From an uncultured Candidatus Saccharibacteria bacterium (GTDB lineage Bacteria > Patescibacteriota > Doudnabacteria > UBA920), in the NCBI GenBank assembly GCA_964474825.1, contig CAYYWQ010000001.1:741609-805608 (forward strand): a DNA stretch of 64,000 nt. Direction: 5' to 3'. How positions within the stretch are numbered: the stretch's first letter is position 1; every line of letters starts with the position of its first letter. The translations under genes and the position numbers were made by a program. Under the pieces are notes generated by a model. That model was not told the DNA's origin. It saw nothing but the letters and a program-made list of their open reading frames with translations, and made no database searches. Below are positions 1-8,134 of this stretch, piece after piece.

Positions 1-663
1 GTATTTCACAGCAATATAAACGAGTTCTGAAGTCAATCTAAAACCCTTAAAATCAAAGGCCTCGGCAAAAGATATTTCTTTTGGCAATAAATTAATAAAA
101 TCTGAAGCAAGTTCATTGCTTTTTGAAATTTTTATTGGTCTATGGGTTACCATCCCCTCTAATGAGAGGAAATATTTCCTTTCACCATCATTTCTCAATT
201 TTATTTGCCCCCATAAATAAAAATGTCCTTTTGCTTTTTTATGTAAATTCTTTAAATCTTTTATTTGTTTGATTTTTTCTGCGATATGATTTTTGATTAC
301 CAAAATATTTATAGAAGAATCTAAATTTTCATTTCCTACCTCTTTTTGAAGTTGATTGACAAAGTCATGCTTTAATTTTAACTGATCAATATCACTTTCG
401 GCGTATATACAGATGATAATCCCGACCTTATTTTTACTGTTTTTTCTCTGATAAAATCTAAACTTCATCCAAATTATTAAAGTAATTGTTACTATTAATA
501 AATAACAATAATAACGAAGGGCTCCAATTTGTGGCATTTTTTCTAAAAAAGAATCTAAAGGCAGAAAAATAAATAATTCCAAGAGGATTCCAGCCAAGAT
601 TGCTCTGGTTTTATGTAATTCTGAATTTAAAAATTTCAATAAATAACTATAAACTTGGTCCAT
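1..663 (-). CDS. Hypothetical membrane protein, partial (runs off the window start; missing from the ORF track)
   Basis: Manual translation from ATG at 663 gives MDQVYSYLLKFLNSELHKTRAILAGILLELFIFLPLDS...YYCYYLLIVTITLIIWMKFRF...ELVYIAVKY, open for 221 codons with no stop. Two hydrophobic N-terminal segments; very AT-rich. Confidence 0.75.
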   Translation of the reverse strand, partial: MDQVYSYLLKFLNSELHKTRAILAGILLELFIFLPLDSFLEKMPQIGALRYYCYLLIVTITLIIWMKFRFYQRKNSKNKVGIIICIYAESDIDQLKLKHDFVNQLQKEVGNENLDSSINILVIKNHIAEKIKQIKDLKNLHKKAKGHFYLWGQIKLRNDGERKYFLSLEGMVTHRPIKISKSNELASDFINLLPKEISFAEAFDFKGFRLTSELVYIAVKY

Positions 664-730
664 GGATAATATTTCGTCTTATTTAAGATAAATATATCTT
701 ACACCTAAAGATTAAATAAACCAAGTTTAT

Positions 731-756
731 AAAAACCCCGCATTTGCGGGGTTTTT
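731..756. terminator. Intrinsic terminator after the PspC-domain gene
   Basis: AAAAACCCCGCA-TT-TGCGGGGTTTTT perfect hairpin with A/T tails. Confidence 0.8.
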
Positions 757-772
757 AATTGGGCTATAAAAA

Positions 773-2563
773 TTACCAATTCATGGGAAGGGGTGGGTTT
801 TGGTAGGTGCTGGGTTCGCCGTTGTTTATTAGTTGGGGGGTCCCTAGGTAGTAAATTTGGCTGCTGTTAAATATGTTGTAGGTTAGGGTGCTGGTGGCGT
901 TTACTAGGGCGTCTGAGGAGTTTAGGGTGGTTATGAGGGCGTCTTTAACCACTAGCTCCCTGGCGTCTAAGTCTGAGGAATTACGTAGTTTGGCAGTAAG
1001 AGTTGTGGCTGAGCCTGAGAGACTTGCGTCGCTGGAATTGGTAAGATACACGCTTAAGTCTTTTACTACAAAATTTATGTTTGCGTCCGAGGAATTAGTT
1101 AAGGTTAGTTCTGTGCTTGTGGCAGTAAGAGAGTCGCTTTCTACACTAGAAGAATTATGCGCACTTATGACAGCAAATGCAGGGGCGGTAATTTCTACAG
1201 TGGGACTTTCGCTAATACAAAAAATACAAAAATGATTTCTATAATTTTTGTCTATGTTAAGAGTACCGTTATTTACCTTTACATCTAGCCTGTCTAAATC
1301 CCCAGCCCAACCTGTGGCCTTTACACTAAAATCTTTACCCTCTACTAACTTATAGTTTATAGAGCTAAACAACTCCAGCTTATTAAAATCTTTTGCGTCA
1401 AAACTTTTGTTTACAGTTTGGAACTGCGGGCTGTTTTTGACTTCTTCCACATACTGCGGCACATAACGCCCGCCCACAGACCCGGCTACTATTAGCGCTA
1501 AAAACCACACACCAAACAGGCTAAGAGCAATACCGGTTCTAAATGAACTGCGACCTGTAAATAGAGAGACCGCTGACAAAAGTAAAAACATTAAGGGTAC
1601 GAGTGCAATAACGTAAGCGGCAATGATGAGAATATAAAATGGAGCGGTGTGGGCAATAGCCAAAACAGGCAAGCCGATATATGGAGAATTAATGTTAAAA
1701 ATTGCAAAAGTAATTGCCAGAGTTAAGCCTGCCACTGCAGCGGCAAAAGCAATAACTAAAGAAAGAGAAATAATTTTTACTAAGATTTTTACAAACATGG
1801 AAATTATTTTACCAAGTCCCCTAAAAATTTGGCCTAAAAAATTTCCAAAGCCCCGGCCGCCTTGTTTACCAGCAGCCCCGGCTTCCTCTCCCATATTTTT
1901 TGCGCGGTCTTTTAAATCTTTTCCCCACTGCTTCCATTCCTGTTTGTCTTTAACTTCTATAACCCGTTCCTTAAATTCCTCAGCCCGTTCTTTTATGGTT
2001 TCGCTAATAGTGCCTAAATTTAAAGGTTCACCACGCATTTGCATTTTTTCCGTAGGAGTTTTTGCTTCTGGCATAATTATCCACAGTAAAAAGTAAATGG
2101 GAACAATAGCCCCCCAAGCAAATATTAATAAACCAAACACAGCCCGAACAATAAACGGGTCAATTTCAAAGTAAGCAGCAATACCAGAACAAACACCAGC
2201 AATTATTTTGTCGTCACCATTGCGCATTAACCTTTTTGGGGCAAAGGATTGTTTGGCGTTAGATGAAGCATTGTAGGCTTGTTCCTTTTTACCCTCTTCC
2301 CCAGCAATGTCTTCTACTGTGCCTAACTCTGCAATTAAACTTTCAACATTAGCTGCAGTAATTACAGCCTGATTGTCGTCTTTAAACTTTTCGCCAAATT
2401 TTTCCGCTATTCTGCTTTCCATGTCGGCCACTATTTCTTCACTACCGCTGTATTCCGAAAAGTGCTGCTTTATTGCTTTTAAATAACCGTCCAATTTTTG
2501 GAAGGCATCTTCTTCTATAAAGAAGTTCCTGCCGCCTAAATTTATACTGATTGTTTTATTCAT
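773..2563 (-). CDS. PspC domain-containing membrane protein with C-terminal DUF2807 (GIN/adhesin-like beta-helix) domain
   Basis: PspC motif KRLMRNGDDKIIAGVCSGIAAYFEIDPFIVR, several TM helices, C-terminal repeated (L/T)xNSSDA units; lies downstream of a PadR gene. Confidence 0.85.
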   Translation of the reverse strand: MNKTISINLGGRNFFIEEDAFQKLDGYLKAIKQHFSEYSGSEEIVADMESRIAEKFGEKFKDDNQAVITAANVESLIAELGTVEDIAGEEGKKEQAYNASSNAKQSFAPKRLMRNGDDKIIAGVCSGIAAYFEIDPFIVRAVFGLLIFAWGAIVPIYFLLWIIMPEAKTPTEKMQMRGEPLNLGTISETIKERAEEFKERVIEVKDKQEWKQWGKDLKDRAKNMGEEAGAAGKQGGRGFGNFLGQIFRGLGKIISMFVKILVKIISLSLVIAFAAAVAGLTLAITFAIFNINSPYIGLPVLAIAHTAPFYILIIAAYVIALVPLMFLLLSAVSLFTGRSSFRTGIALSLFGVWFLALIVAGSVGGRYVPQYVEEVKNSPQFQTVNKSFDAKDFNKLELFSSINYKLVEGKDFSVKATGWAGDLDRLDVKVNNGTLNIDKNYRNHFCIFCISESPTVEITAPAFAVISAHNSSSVESDSLTATSTELTLTNSSDANINFVVKDLSVYLTNSSDASLSGSATTLTAKLRNSSDLDARELVVKDALITTLNSSDALVNATSTLTYNIFNSSQIYYLGTPQLINNGEPSTYQNPPLPMNW

Positions 2564-2584
2564 GGTAGTTAGATTTAGATTGTA

Positions 2585-2938
2585 TTACTGGTCGTACTTG
2601 TTAATTAAGGATTTAATTGACTTTGAAAGTGTTTCCCAATTTTCTGTAAGCTGGCTTAAAGTTTTTCTGCCTGAGTCTGTTAGTTTGTAGTATTTCCGCG
2701 GCGGCCCGGCTTTGCTTTCTACCCACTTATATTCCAGAAGTCCTCCGTCTTTTAAGCGCGACAGTAGGGGGTAAAGCGTGCCTTCCACCACAATTAAATT
2801 AAATTCCTTAAGCTCGTTTAAAATGTCCGAGGGGTATACCTCGTCTTTGGAAATAATTAAAAGCACACAAAATTCCAAAAGACCTTTACGCATTTGAGCC
2901 TTAGTATTCTCTATGTCTAAGCCGTTGTTTGCAGTCAT
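2585..2938 (-). CDS. PadR family transcriptional regulator
   Basis: QMRKGLLEFCVL...EGTLYPLLSRL...W.ES..GPPRKYY.LT..G winged-helix signature. Confidence 0.92.
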   Translation of the reverse strand: MTANNGLDIENTKAQMRKGLLEFCVLLIISKDEVYPSDILNELKEFNLIVVEGTLYPLLSRLKDGGLLEYKWVESKAGPPRKYYKLTDSGRKTLSQLTENWETLSKSIKSLINKYDQ

Positions 2939-2987
2939 TTGTGTAATTTCTTACTAAATCTTAAATCTATAATCTTTCAACTGATTC

Positions 2988-3020
2988 ATTATACACCTCA
3001 CTACCTTTTTATGCAAGGTA
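2988..3020 (-). promoter_or_regulatory. Sigma70 promoter of padR with overlapping palindromic operator
   Basis: Minus strand TTGCAT-17 nt-TATAAT; inverted repeat TACCTT-N7-AAGGTA (3002-3020) covers the -35. Confidence 0.65.
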
Positions 3021-3047
3021 CTAGGCTGTGGATAATTCCCTTAAAAC

Positions 3048-3073
3048 AAAACCCCGCCGAGTGGCGGGGCTTT
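3048..3073. terminator. Intrinsic terminator
   Basis: CCCCGCC-GAGT-GGCGGGG hairpin with A/T flanks, after ORF 3091..3300. Confidence 0.7.
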
Positions 3074-3090
3074 ATGTTTTTTTCAGAAAA

Positions 3091-3300
3091 TTATTGGGAG
3101 GGTTGTTGATTGACATCTACGTTTATTTTATCGGGCACATTTATGTTAGTCCCCCCAGAATTAGTGTGCCTCATAGCAGGGAGAGCGTACATAAAGAATA
3201 AGGCGACTATTATTACTGCCAAAACTACGCCGACTATTACACCCACACCACTTCCGCTGTCACTATTGGAAGTTGGCGGATTATTAACTATAGTAGCCAT
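3091..3300 (-). CDS. Small single-pass membrane protein
   Basis: 69 aa with one TM helix (GVIVGVVLAVIIVALFFMYAL); followed by a terminator. Confidence 0.7.
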   Translation of the reverse strand: MATIVNNPPTSNSDSGSGVGVIVGVVLAVIIVALFFMYALPAMRHTNSGGTNINVPDKINVDVNQQPSQ

Positions 3301-3392
3301 AAAATTATTCCTTTATTTAATTATGCGAATTCCTCTAGAAAATCCGCTTTCGACCTACCATATACAACGCCCCAAAAACAAAAGTGTTACTT

Positions 3393-3427
3393 AAAAAAAC
3401 GAAAAGGGCGCCGCAACCGGAGCCCTT
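3393..3427 (-). terminator. Intrinsic terminator
   Basis: Minus strand AAGGGCTCCGGTTGCGGCGCCCTT followed by a U-rich run. Confidence 0.55.
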
Positions 3428-3449
3428 ATAAACAACCAGCATGCCGCTT

Positions 3450-3761
3450 TCACCACTTCACTTGCCTGAAGGCCTGCACCAATTTCCAGCGAAACTCATT
3501 CTTGCGCGCCAGAGCGAGCAAGAATGTGCCGAGAGCGGCAAGTGGCAGCCCGACGCCGAACACCACTTTCTGGTAAACCACGAACCCGGCTTCACCGAGC
3601 TCGAGAAAATTCCAAATCGTGACGGTGTGGCGGTTGAACCGAAACAACCACGGCCAGTGGACCAACAACATGGATCCATAAGGCAACGTGATGATGGCCG
3701 CCGCCACCATCAGAATCCATCCAGCGCACCGCTGGAGGTAAATCTTTGTGGTAAAATCCAT
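3450..3761 (-). CDS. Hypothetical membrane protein (103 aa; start revised to MDFTTK)
   Basis: SD-like GGGGGAG just before ATG 3761, two hydrophobic segments, own promoter and terminator, GC-richer than neighbours. Confidence 0.6.
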   Translation of the reverse strand: MDFTTKIYLQRCAGWILMVAAAIITLPYGSMLLVHWPWLFRFNRHTVTIWNFLELGEAGFVVYQKVVFGVGLPLAALGTFLLALARKNEFRWKLVQAFRQVKW

Positions 3762-3784
3762 ATCTCCCCCTAAGAAGACTAACC

Positions 3785-3815
3785 ATAATAACAAAAAAAC
3801 TGGACAATGTCCAGT
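3785..3815 (-). promoter_or_regulatory. Promoter with perfect palindrome ACTGGACA-A-TGTCCAGT over the -35
   Basis: Minus strand TGGACA-17 nt-TATTAT; palindrome at 3799-3815. Confidence 0.5.
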
Positions 3816-3833
3816 CCTTTTGGAGGAGAAAAG

Positions 3834-4451
3834 CTATTTTATTTTTATTTTCTTTCCCTTGTAATTCCACAAAAATATTAGGCCGGAGAACAAGGCTCCT
3901 AGAGTGTCACAGAGCATGTCTTTTTGCGCGTCCCAAATGTCGCCCTGGCTGCCCAGGAAGGCAATGCCCGAGTTGCCGCCTGCAGTTATGGCAAATATCC
4001 ATTCTATGAGTTCATAACCCATAGCCACAAAACCAATTGCAAAGAGGGAGAAGAGAAACATCATTATTTTATTTTTTACCAAGCCATAACGGAATTGCAA
4101 TTCGCAAAGTGCGTAAGCATAAAAGCCCACGGTGAAATGCGCAAAGCGGTCGTACATGTTGCGCTTAAAGCCAAACAAATCGTTCACAAAACTAAAAGGC
4201 ACGCGCTCAAAAGTGTAGTAGCCGCCAATAGTATGCATATAAACCAGCACGGCCATTAAAACATAAGACGTAGCAGAAAACTTTATACCCTTTCTGTAAA
4301 GAACGGTAAGGGCCACCGCAATAGCTGCAATAGGCACATTCTCGGCCCACCAGTCCGCGCGGTCAAAAGGATTAATAGCGCAAATAATGAATAGAATAAC
4401 ATAACCTACAAGTAAAACTTTGGCAGTTGTGTCTTTTTTAAAAAAGTTCAT
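3834..4451 (-). CDS. DUF2238 (YjdF-like) inner membrane protein
   Basis: DRADWWAEN, HTIGGYYTFERVP, RNMYDRFAHF, YELIEW and GSQGDIWDAQKDM motifs. Confidence 0.88.
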   Translation of the reverse strand: MNFFKKDTTAKVLLVGYVILFIICAINPFDRADWWAENVPIAAIAVALTVLYRKGIKFSATSYVLMAVLVYMHTIGGYYTFERVPFSFVNDLFGFKRNMYDRFAHFTVGFYAYALCELQFRYGLVKNKIMMFLFSLFAIGFVAMGYELIEWIFAITAGGNSGIAFLGSQGDIWDAQKDMLCDTLGALFSGLIFLWNYKGKKIKIK

Positions 4452-4458
4452 TTAATTT

Positions 4459-4899
4459 TTATTTATCTTTTTTATTAATTATTTTATTAAATTTTTTTAA
4501 ATACAGCCAACTTAAAAATTTACTCCAAATATTTTTTTCTCTGGGATCCCTCATTTCGTCTAACATGTCTTGGGCTTCCTGGTAATCTTCGGCGGAAACC
4601 ATTTCGTCGTTATGTTTAAATTCACCATTGGACTGCGCTCTTATAACCTTACCAAAATTTTTCCCGTATCTTTCCGCAATCATTGCCATTATTTCAATTT
4701 GTTCCTCTATGGGTATAAATACCCCCTCCTTCTTATAAACATTTGCCCGTGCCTTACTTAACACAGGCCAAACCTTTTTTGTTTCTTTGGTAAACCTTTT
4801 AAATTCACTTATAACATTATTTCTGGCAACGAATTTAACCTCTTTTGCCTCCCGTTGAGCTTTTTCCAACTCAAGCTGCCCACTCCCTGTTTCTTTCAT
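4459..4899 (-). CDS. Hypothetical protein
   Basis: 146 aa ORF tightly packed between co-oriented genes. Confidence 0.6.
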   Translation of the reverse strand: MKETGSGQLELEKAQREAKEVKFVARNNVISEFKRFTKETKKVWPVLSKARANVYKKEGVFIPIEEQIEIMAMIAERYGKNFGKVIRAQSNGEFKHNDEMVSAEDYQEAQDMLDEMRDPREKNIWSKFLSWLYLKKFNKIINKKDK

Positions 4900-4912
4900 A
4901 ATAATTTACAAG

Positions 4913-5467
4913 TTATTGATAACTATATTCTCCGTTTTTTAGGGCGTTGTTTATTATGCCAAAGGTTTCGTCGTTGGCTAAAATATTGGTAAATTTCCAG
5001 CCGTCCGCTGTCTTAGCAAAAGGAAACGGCCGTAAAACGCCTGCGTCCCCCACTTTTGCAAAAACCAAGGCGCACTCCTGGCCGTCTTTTTCTAAAAAAA
5101 CATAGCCAGTCATTTTAACTTGGTCCCAGGGCTGGTTTTTTTGGTCCATAATTTCCGGGTAATTAAACTGCTTGCGAACAGACTCCTGGTATCCAGCTAC
5201 CACGTTTTCCACCATCCAGTCCTTGTCAAAAGCTTTAATGGCCGAAACATAGGAAGTAAATCCGTCTAAAAGACCCTGACGGCTAACCTGATCTTTGCTG
5301 ATTACTTTTACCTGCTTGGGGCTATTATACAAAACGCCCATTTGCACTGTTACTTGATTTTGATTCTTAAAAACAATATTTTTGGCCTTTTGCGAATTTT
5401 GCGAATACCAAAAGGCTCCGGCCACTAAAACCAAAACTATAATAAAGATAGTTGCTTTAATTTTCAT
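4913..5467 (-). CDS. Hypothetical exported or membrane-anchored protein
   Basis: N-terminal signal/TM anchor; 184 aa. Confidence 0.7.
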   Translation of the reverse strand: MKIKATIFIIVLVLVAGAFWYSQNSQKAKNIVFKNQNQVTVQMGVLYNSPKQVKVISKDQVSRQGLLDGFTSYVSAIKAFDKDWMVENVVAGYQESVRKQFNYPEIMDQKNQPWDQVKMTGYVFLEKDGQECALVFAKVGDAGVLRPFPFAKTADGWKFTNILANDETFGIINNALKNGEYSYQ

Positions 5468-5476
5468 ATAAATAAG

Positions 5477-5506
5477 AGGGTCATTCCAATAAATCGGAAT
5501 GACCCT
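5477..5506. terminator. Hairpin, probable terminator
   Basis: AGGGTCATTCC-N8-GGAATGACCCT perfect 11-bp stem. Confidence 0.55.
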
Positions 5507-5514
5507 TTATTAAA

Positions 5515-6297
5515 TTATTGGGCTGTTGTTGATTCAGGAGTGGTAGTAGATGTATTGGGAGCTGATGATATTGAGCAAGTCTTAATGCCACCATTACGGG
5601 ATTCTAAAGCGGATTTGTTGTTGGTTTTCCGGGTTTGAACCAAAGTTTCTTTTGAAGTCTTAAAGGCGTCGTGGGCAGCTTTTACCGCGGCCTTGCGGGT
5701 TTCCAGCGCGGCTTTACGTGCGGCGGTAGATTTTTCCCTGGCGGCTTTAATTTTGTCTTTGTCTGTCCCGGCTGCTGCTAAATCTGTCTTTAAAGTTTCA
5801 GCAATAGATTTTATGGAATCCGCGTAATCGGTTGCCGCCTTCTTTAAAGCATCGGCCTGGGTTTGCCTTGCGGTCTTAGCGGCTTCTGCATAGCTTTTAT
5901 CATTGCCTGTTAGAGCTTCGCGGTAAGCTTTACGAGTATCTTGGTTTGAAGCAACGCATTGCTTGTAGGCTTCCTGTTTTGCCTTACGTTCAGCCCCAGC
6001 CTCTTCCTGCTTCTTTTTTTGTTCTTCCTTTTTAGCTTCTAATTGTTTTTTTTGTTCTTCCTGTTTTTGTACCCTTAGTTGTTTTAGTTCCTCTTGCTTG
6101 GCCTTTATGGCTTCCTGGGTTTCCTGCTGCTGTTGTTTCACTTTTTCCTGGCCTTCTTTACGAATGTTGGCAATGGTGGTCATTACCCCCAAAATTTGGC
6201 CGTCTATGTCGGCCGCAAAAGCCGAGAATGCCGGAAAAATTAAAGCCGCTGACATTGCCGCGGCAAAAGCAATCTTGGCATATTTCTTGCTCTTCAT
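5515..6297 (-). CDS. Secreted coiled-coil Ala/Lys/Gln-rich protein
   Basis: Sec signal ending AFSAFA, long charged helical region, two Cys, Ser/Thr tail. Confidence 0.75.
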   Translation of the reverse strand: MKSKKYAKIAFAAAMSAALIFPAFSAFAADIDGQILGVMTTIANIRKEGQEKVKQQQQETQEAIKAKQEELKQLRVQKQEEQKKQLEAKKEEQKKKQEEAGAERKAKQEAYKQCVASNQDTRKAYREALTGNDKSYAEAAKTARQTQADALKKAATDYADSIKSIAETLKTDLAAAGTDKDKIKAAREKSTAARKAALETRKAAVKAAHDAFKTSKETLVQTRKTNNKSALESRNGGIKTCSISSAPNTSTTTPESTTAQ

Positions 6298-6402
6298 TTT
6301 GTTTTTGTCTCCTAAGCTGCTCTGAAATTTTTCAGAGTCAAAATTAATGTATTCATATTATAGCAGATTTTTAACATTTTGTCCAATATAAAAATCTTAA
6401 AT

Positions 6403-7383
6403 TTATAAAAGTTGAGTTACAATCATGTCCAACAAAACTTTGGGAGGGGTGCTGGAAGTTTTAAGCTCAAAATCCAGCGCGGCAAGTTTGTTTAAAAATT
6501 CCAAAACTTTTTTTTGCGGAAACCTAGCCGCGACTTTTTTCATAATAAATAACCTGCCGCTCTTCCAGCCGGTCTTTTCTAAAATTGCCGATTCTTCAAC
6601 ATTGTCTTCCGCAAAACTTTGTACAACTACCACGTTCCTAAACTGTTCGGAAAGGAGCGCGTTAATTTGAATTACGCCCGCTTTTTCATCGGCCGAATTT
6701 TCCACTGTTAATAATTTATGCAGTAAATTAAGCGCCAAATCTTTTTTACCGTCCGCGATGGCATTAGTTACTTCAAACGCGTCAATTTCCAAATTTTCTG
6801 AAACTAAATTTTCTACATCTTCCTTTGTAATTTCCCGGCCGTTTGCCAAACCAATTAACTTTTTTATTTCCCCGTCTGCCTGCCAGAGGTTGTATATTTC
6901 CTGTACGTCTACAACTTTGCCGCCAAACTTAGTTTCCTTAGCTTCGTCCCGTCCAAGTTTAATAGCCAAAAGCTCTGCTGCATCGGCTAATATTTTTCCT
7001 TGTAAATTTTTTACCCTTTCCGTAATCCATTTATTTAATTCTTTGCCGTGCGGCAAGCTAAATTCCTTAACCGTGATTTTAGAATTTTTTAAAAGCTCTT
7101 TGTTTGCTGAAAGCCTTTTGTCTAATTTTTCCAGAACAAAAATAATTTCATTTTTGCTGGCAATCAATTGCTCTAAAATAGATGTCTGATTATACTTATC
7201 AACGCCGGATGACAAAACAAACACTTTGGCCATAGAAAACAAATCCTGCTGGCTTAATTCTTCAGCCGAAGGCAGCGGGTCTTCACCCGTAAACATTACC
7301 AAATCTGCCTTGGTCTTTTCAGCCAAAGCTCTAATGTATTCTTTTTTAGAAAAATCGTCTGGACCTAGGAGTAAACTGATCAT
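6403..7383 (-). CDS. holA: DNA polymerase III subunit delta
   Basis: LLLGPDDF start, QDLFS...V motif, EIKKL, DAFEVTNAI and LAALDFELKTS C-terminus; 326 aa. Confidence 0.88.
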   Translation of the reverse strand: MISLLLGPDDFSKKEYIRALAEKTKADLVMFTGEDPLPSAEELSQQDLFSMAKVFVLSSGVDKYNQTSILEQLIASKNEIIFVLEKLDKRLSANKELLKNSKITVKEFSLPHGKELNKWITERVKNLQGKILADAAELLAIKLGRDEAKETKFGGKVVDVQEIYNLWQADGEIKKLIGLANGREITKEDVENLVSENLEIDAFEVTNAIADGKKDLALNLLHKLLTVENSADEKAGVIQINALLSEQFRNVVVVQSFAEDNVEESAILEKTGWKSGRLFIMKKVAARFPQKKVLEFLNKLAALDFELKTSSTPPKVLLDMIVTQLL

Positions 7384-7429
7384 GTAGTCATTCTAACATT
7401 TAAACATTTTAACATCAAAATAATAGGAA

Positions 7430-7537
7430 AAGCGGCCAAAAGACTCTTCCTTGGCAGAGTCGCGTATCTCCCCGATTGGATCCACATAGTAGTTCCTTTC
7501 TTTAAGAAAACACGAATCGCGAGTCTTTGGGCCGCTT
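7430..7537. other. Structured intergenic element or leader (17-bp terminal inverted repeat) upstream of holA
   Basis: AAGCGGCCAAAAGACTC (7430-7446) matches the reverse complement of GAGTCTTTGGGCCGCTT (7521-7537) at 16/17; internal alternative hairpin GACTCT..AGAGTC. Confidence 0.5.
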
Positions 7538-7571
7538 AGCACACTAGCCTTACTCTATATTACCACCCCCT

Positions 7572-7802
7572 TTAAGTTGCTTCGTAAACCTTGTTTTGGT
7601 CTGGGCCACATAGCCCAAAACTACAGTGCATGATTCCGCTGGCCGCCCTGTTGGCCTGCTCATTCAGAACCAGAAAGCCAATTATTTTAACCCCGCCGTT
7701 TTGAACTGTAACGACGCGGATTAACTTTTCTTGGCCATTAATCAAGACTTTGTGGGGAGCCGTTTTGGAAAAATCGGCTCCGTTATTGAATTGTATTGTC
7801 AC
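7572..7802 (-). CDS. Small hypothetical protein (76 aa; start revised to GTG 7802)
   Basis: SD GGAGG about 10 nt before GTG; MTIQFNNGADFSKTAPHKVLINGQEK...; the longer track ORF begins inside a terminator hairpin. Confidence 0.55.
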   Translation of the reverse strand: MTIQFNNGADFSKTAPHKVLINGQEKLIRVVTVQNGGVKIIGFLVLNEQANRAASGIMHCSFGLCGPDQNKVYEAT

Positions 7803-7846
7803 GGCTTCTGCCCTCCGGACTGGCTTTGTACCAAACCGCAAAGCAC

Positions 7847-7879
7847 AAAAAAACACCACCCGTTTTCCGGGTGGTGTTT
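7847..7879 (-). terminator. Leader terminator (attenuator-like)
   Basis: Minus strand AAACACCACCCG-GAAAA-CGGGTGGTGTTT plus a U run, between the promoter and the gene. Confidence 0.75.
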
Positions 7880-7903
7880 GAAATTTTTAAGCAAATTCAA
7901 ACT

Positions 7904-7963
7904 TTACCGCGAAAAACGGATGGGCAAAGTCTTCTTAGAAAATTGTGCTAATAAATTTAACAT
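7904..7963 (-). CDS. Putative leader peptide MLNLLAQFSKKTLPIRFSR
   Basis: Starts 6 nt after the -10 of a near-consensus promoter (leaderless) and ends just before the hairpins. Confidence 0.4.
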   Translation of the reverse strand: MLNLLAQFSKKTLPIRFSR

Positions 7964-7969
7964 ATGGAT

Positions 7970-7998
7970 ATAGTAATTGATGCTTCAGACTTTGTCAA
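7970..7998 (-). promoter_or_regulatory. Near-consensus sigma70 promoter
   Basis: TTGACA-17 nt-TACTAT on the minus strand. Confidence 0.7.
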
Positions 7999-8005
7999 TT
8001 AGGCC

Positions 8006-8034
8006 TTGAAAAAATAATCAAAATAATGTAAAAT
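8006..8034 (+). promoter_or_regulatory. Sigma70 promoter of tRNA-Lys
   Basis: TTGAAA-17 nt-TAAAAT, 11 nt before the tRNA. Confidence 0.6.
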
Positions 8035-8045
8035 AGCTGGAGCAT

Positions 8046-8121
8046 GGGTTGGTAGCTCAGTTGGTAGAGCAGCGGACTCTTAATCCGCTTGTCGAGGGTT
8101 CGATCCCCTCCCAACCCACCA
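8046..8121 (+). tRNA. tRNA-Lys (anticodon CTT)
   Basis: 76 nt cloverleaf; anticodon arm GCGGA-CT-CTT-AA-TCCGC, GGTTCGA T-loop, encoded CCA. Confidence 0.97.
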
Positions 8122-8134
8122 TCTAATAAAACTT

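Noticed and set aside
900-1160. Repeated GCGTC(T/C)GAGGA motifs in the PspC gene
   Set aside because: Explained by NSSDA protein repeats of the DUF2807 beta-helix.
3027-3035. Replication origin (perfect DnaA box TGTGGATAA)
   Set aside because: A single intergenic box with no cluster and no dnaA/dnaN nearby.
7430-7537. SRP RNA, 6S RNA or a known riboswitch
   Set aside because: No SRP domain IV motif, short for 6S, and no aptamer consensus that I recognise; kept only as an unknown structured leader.
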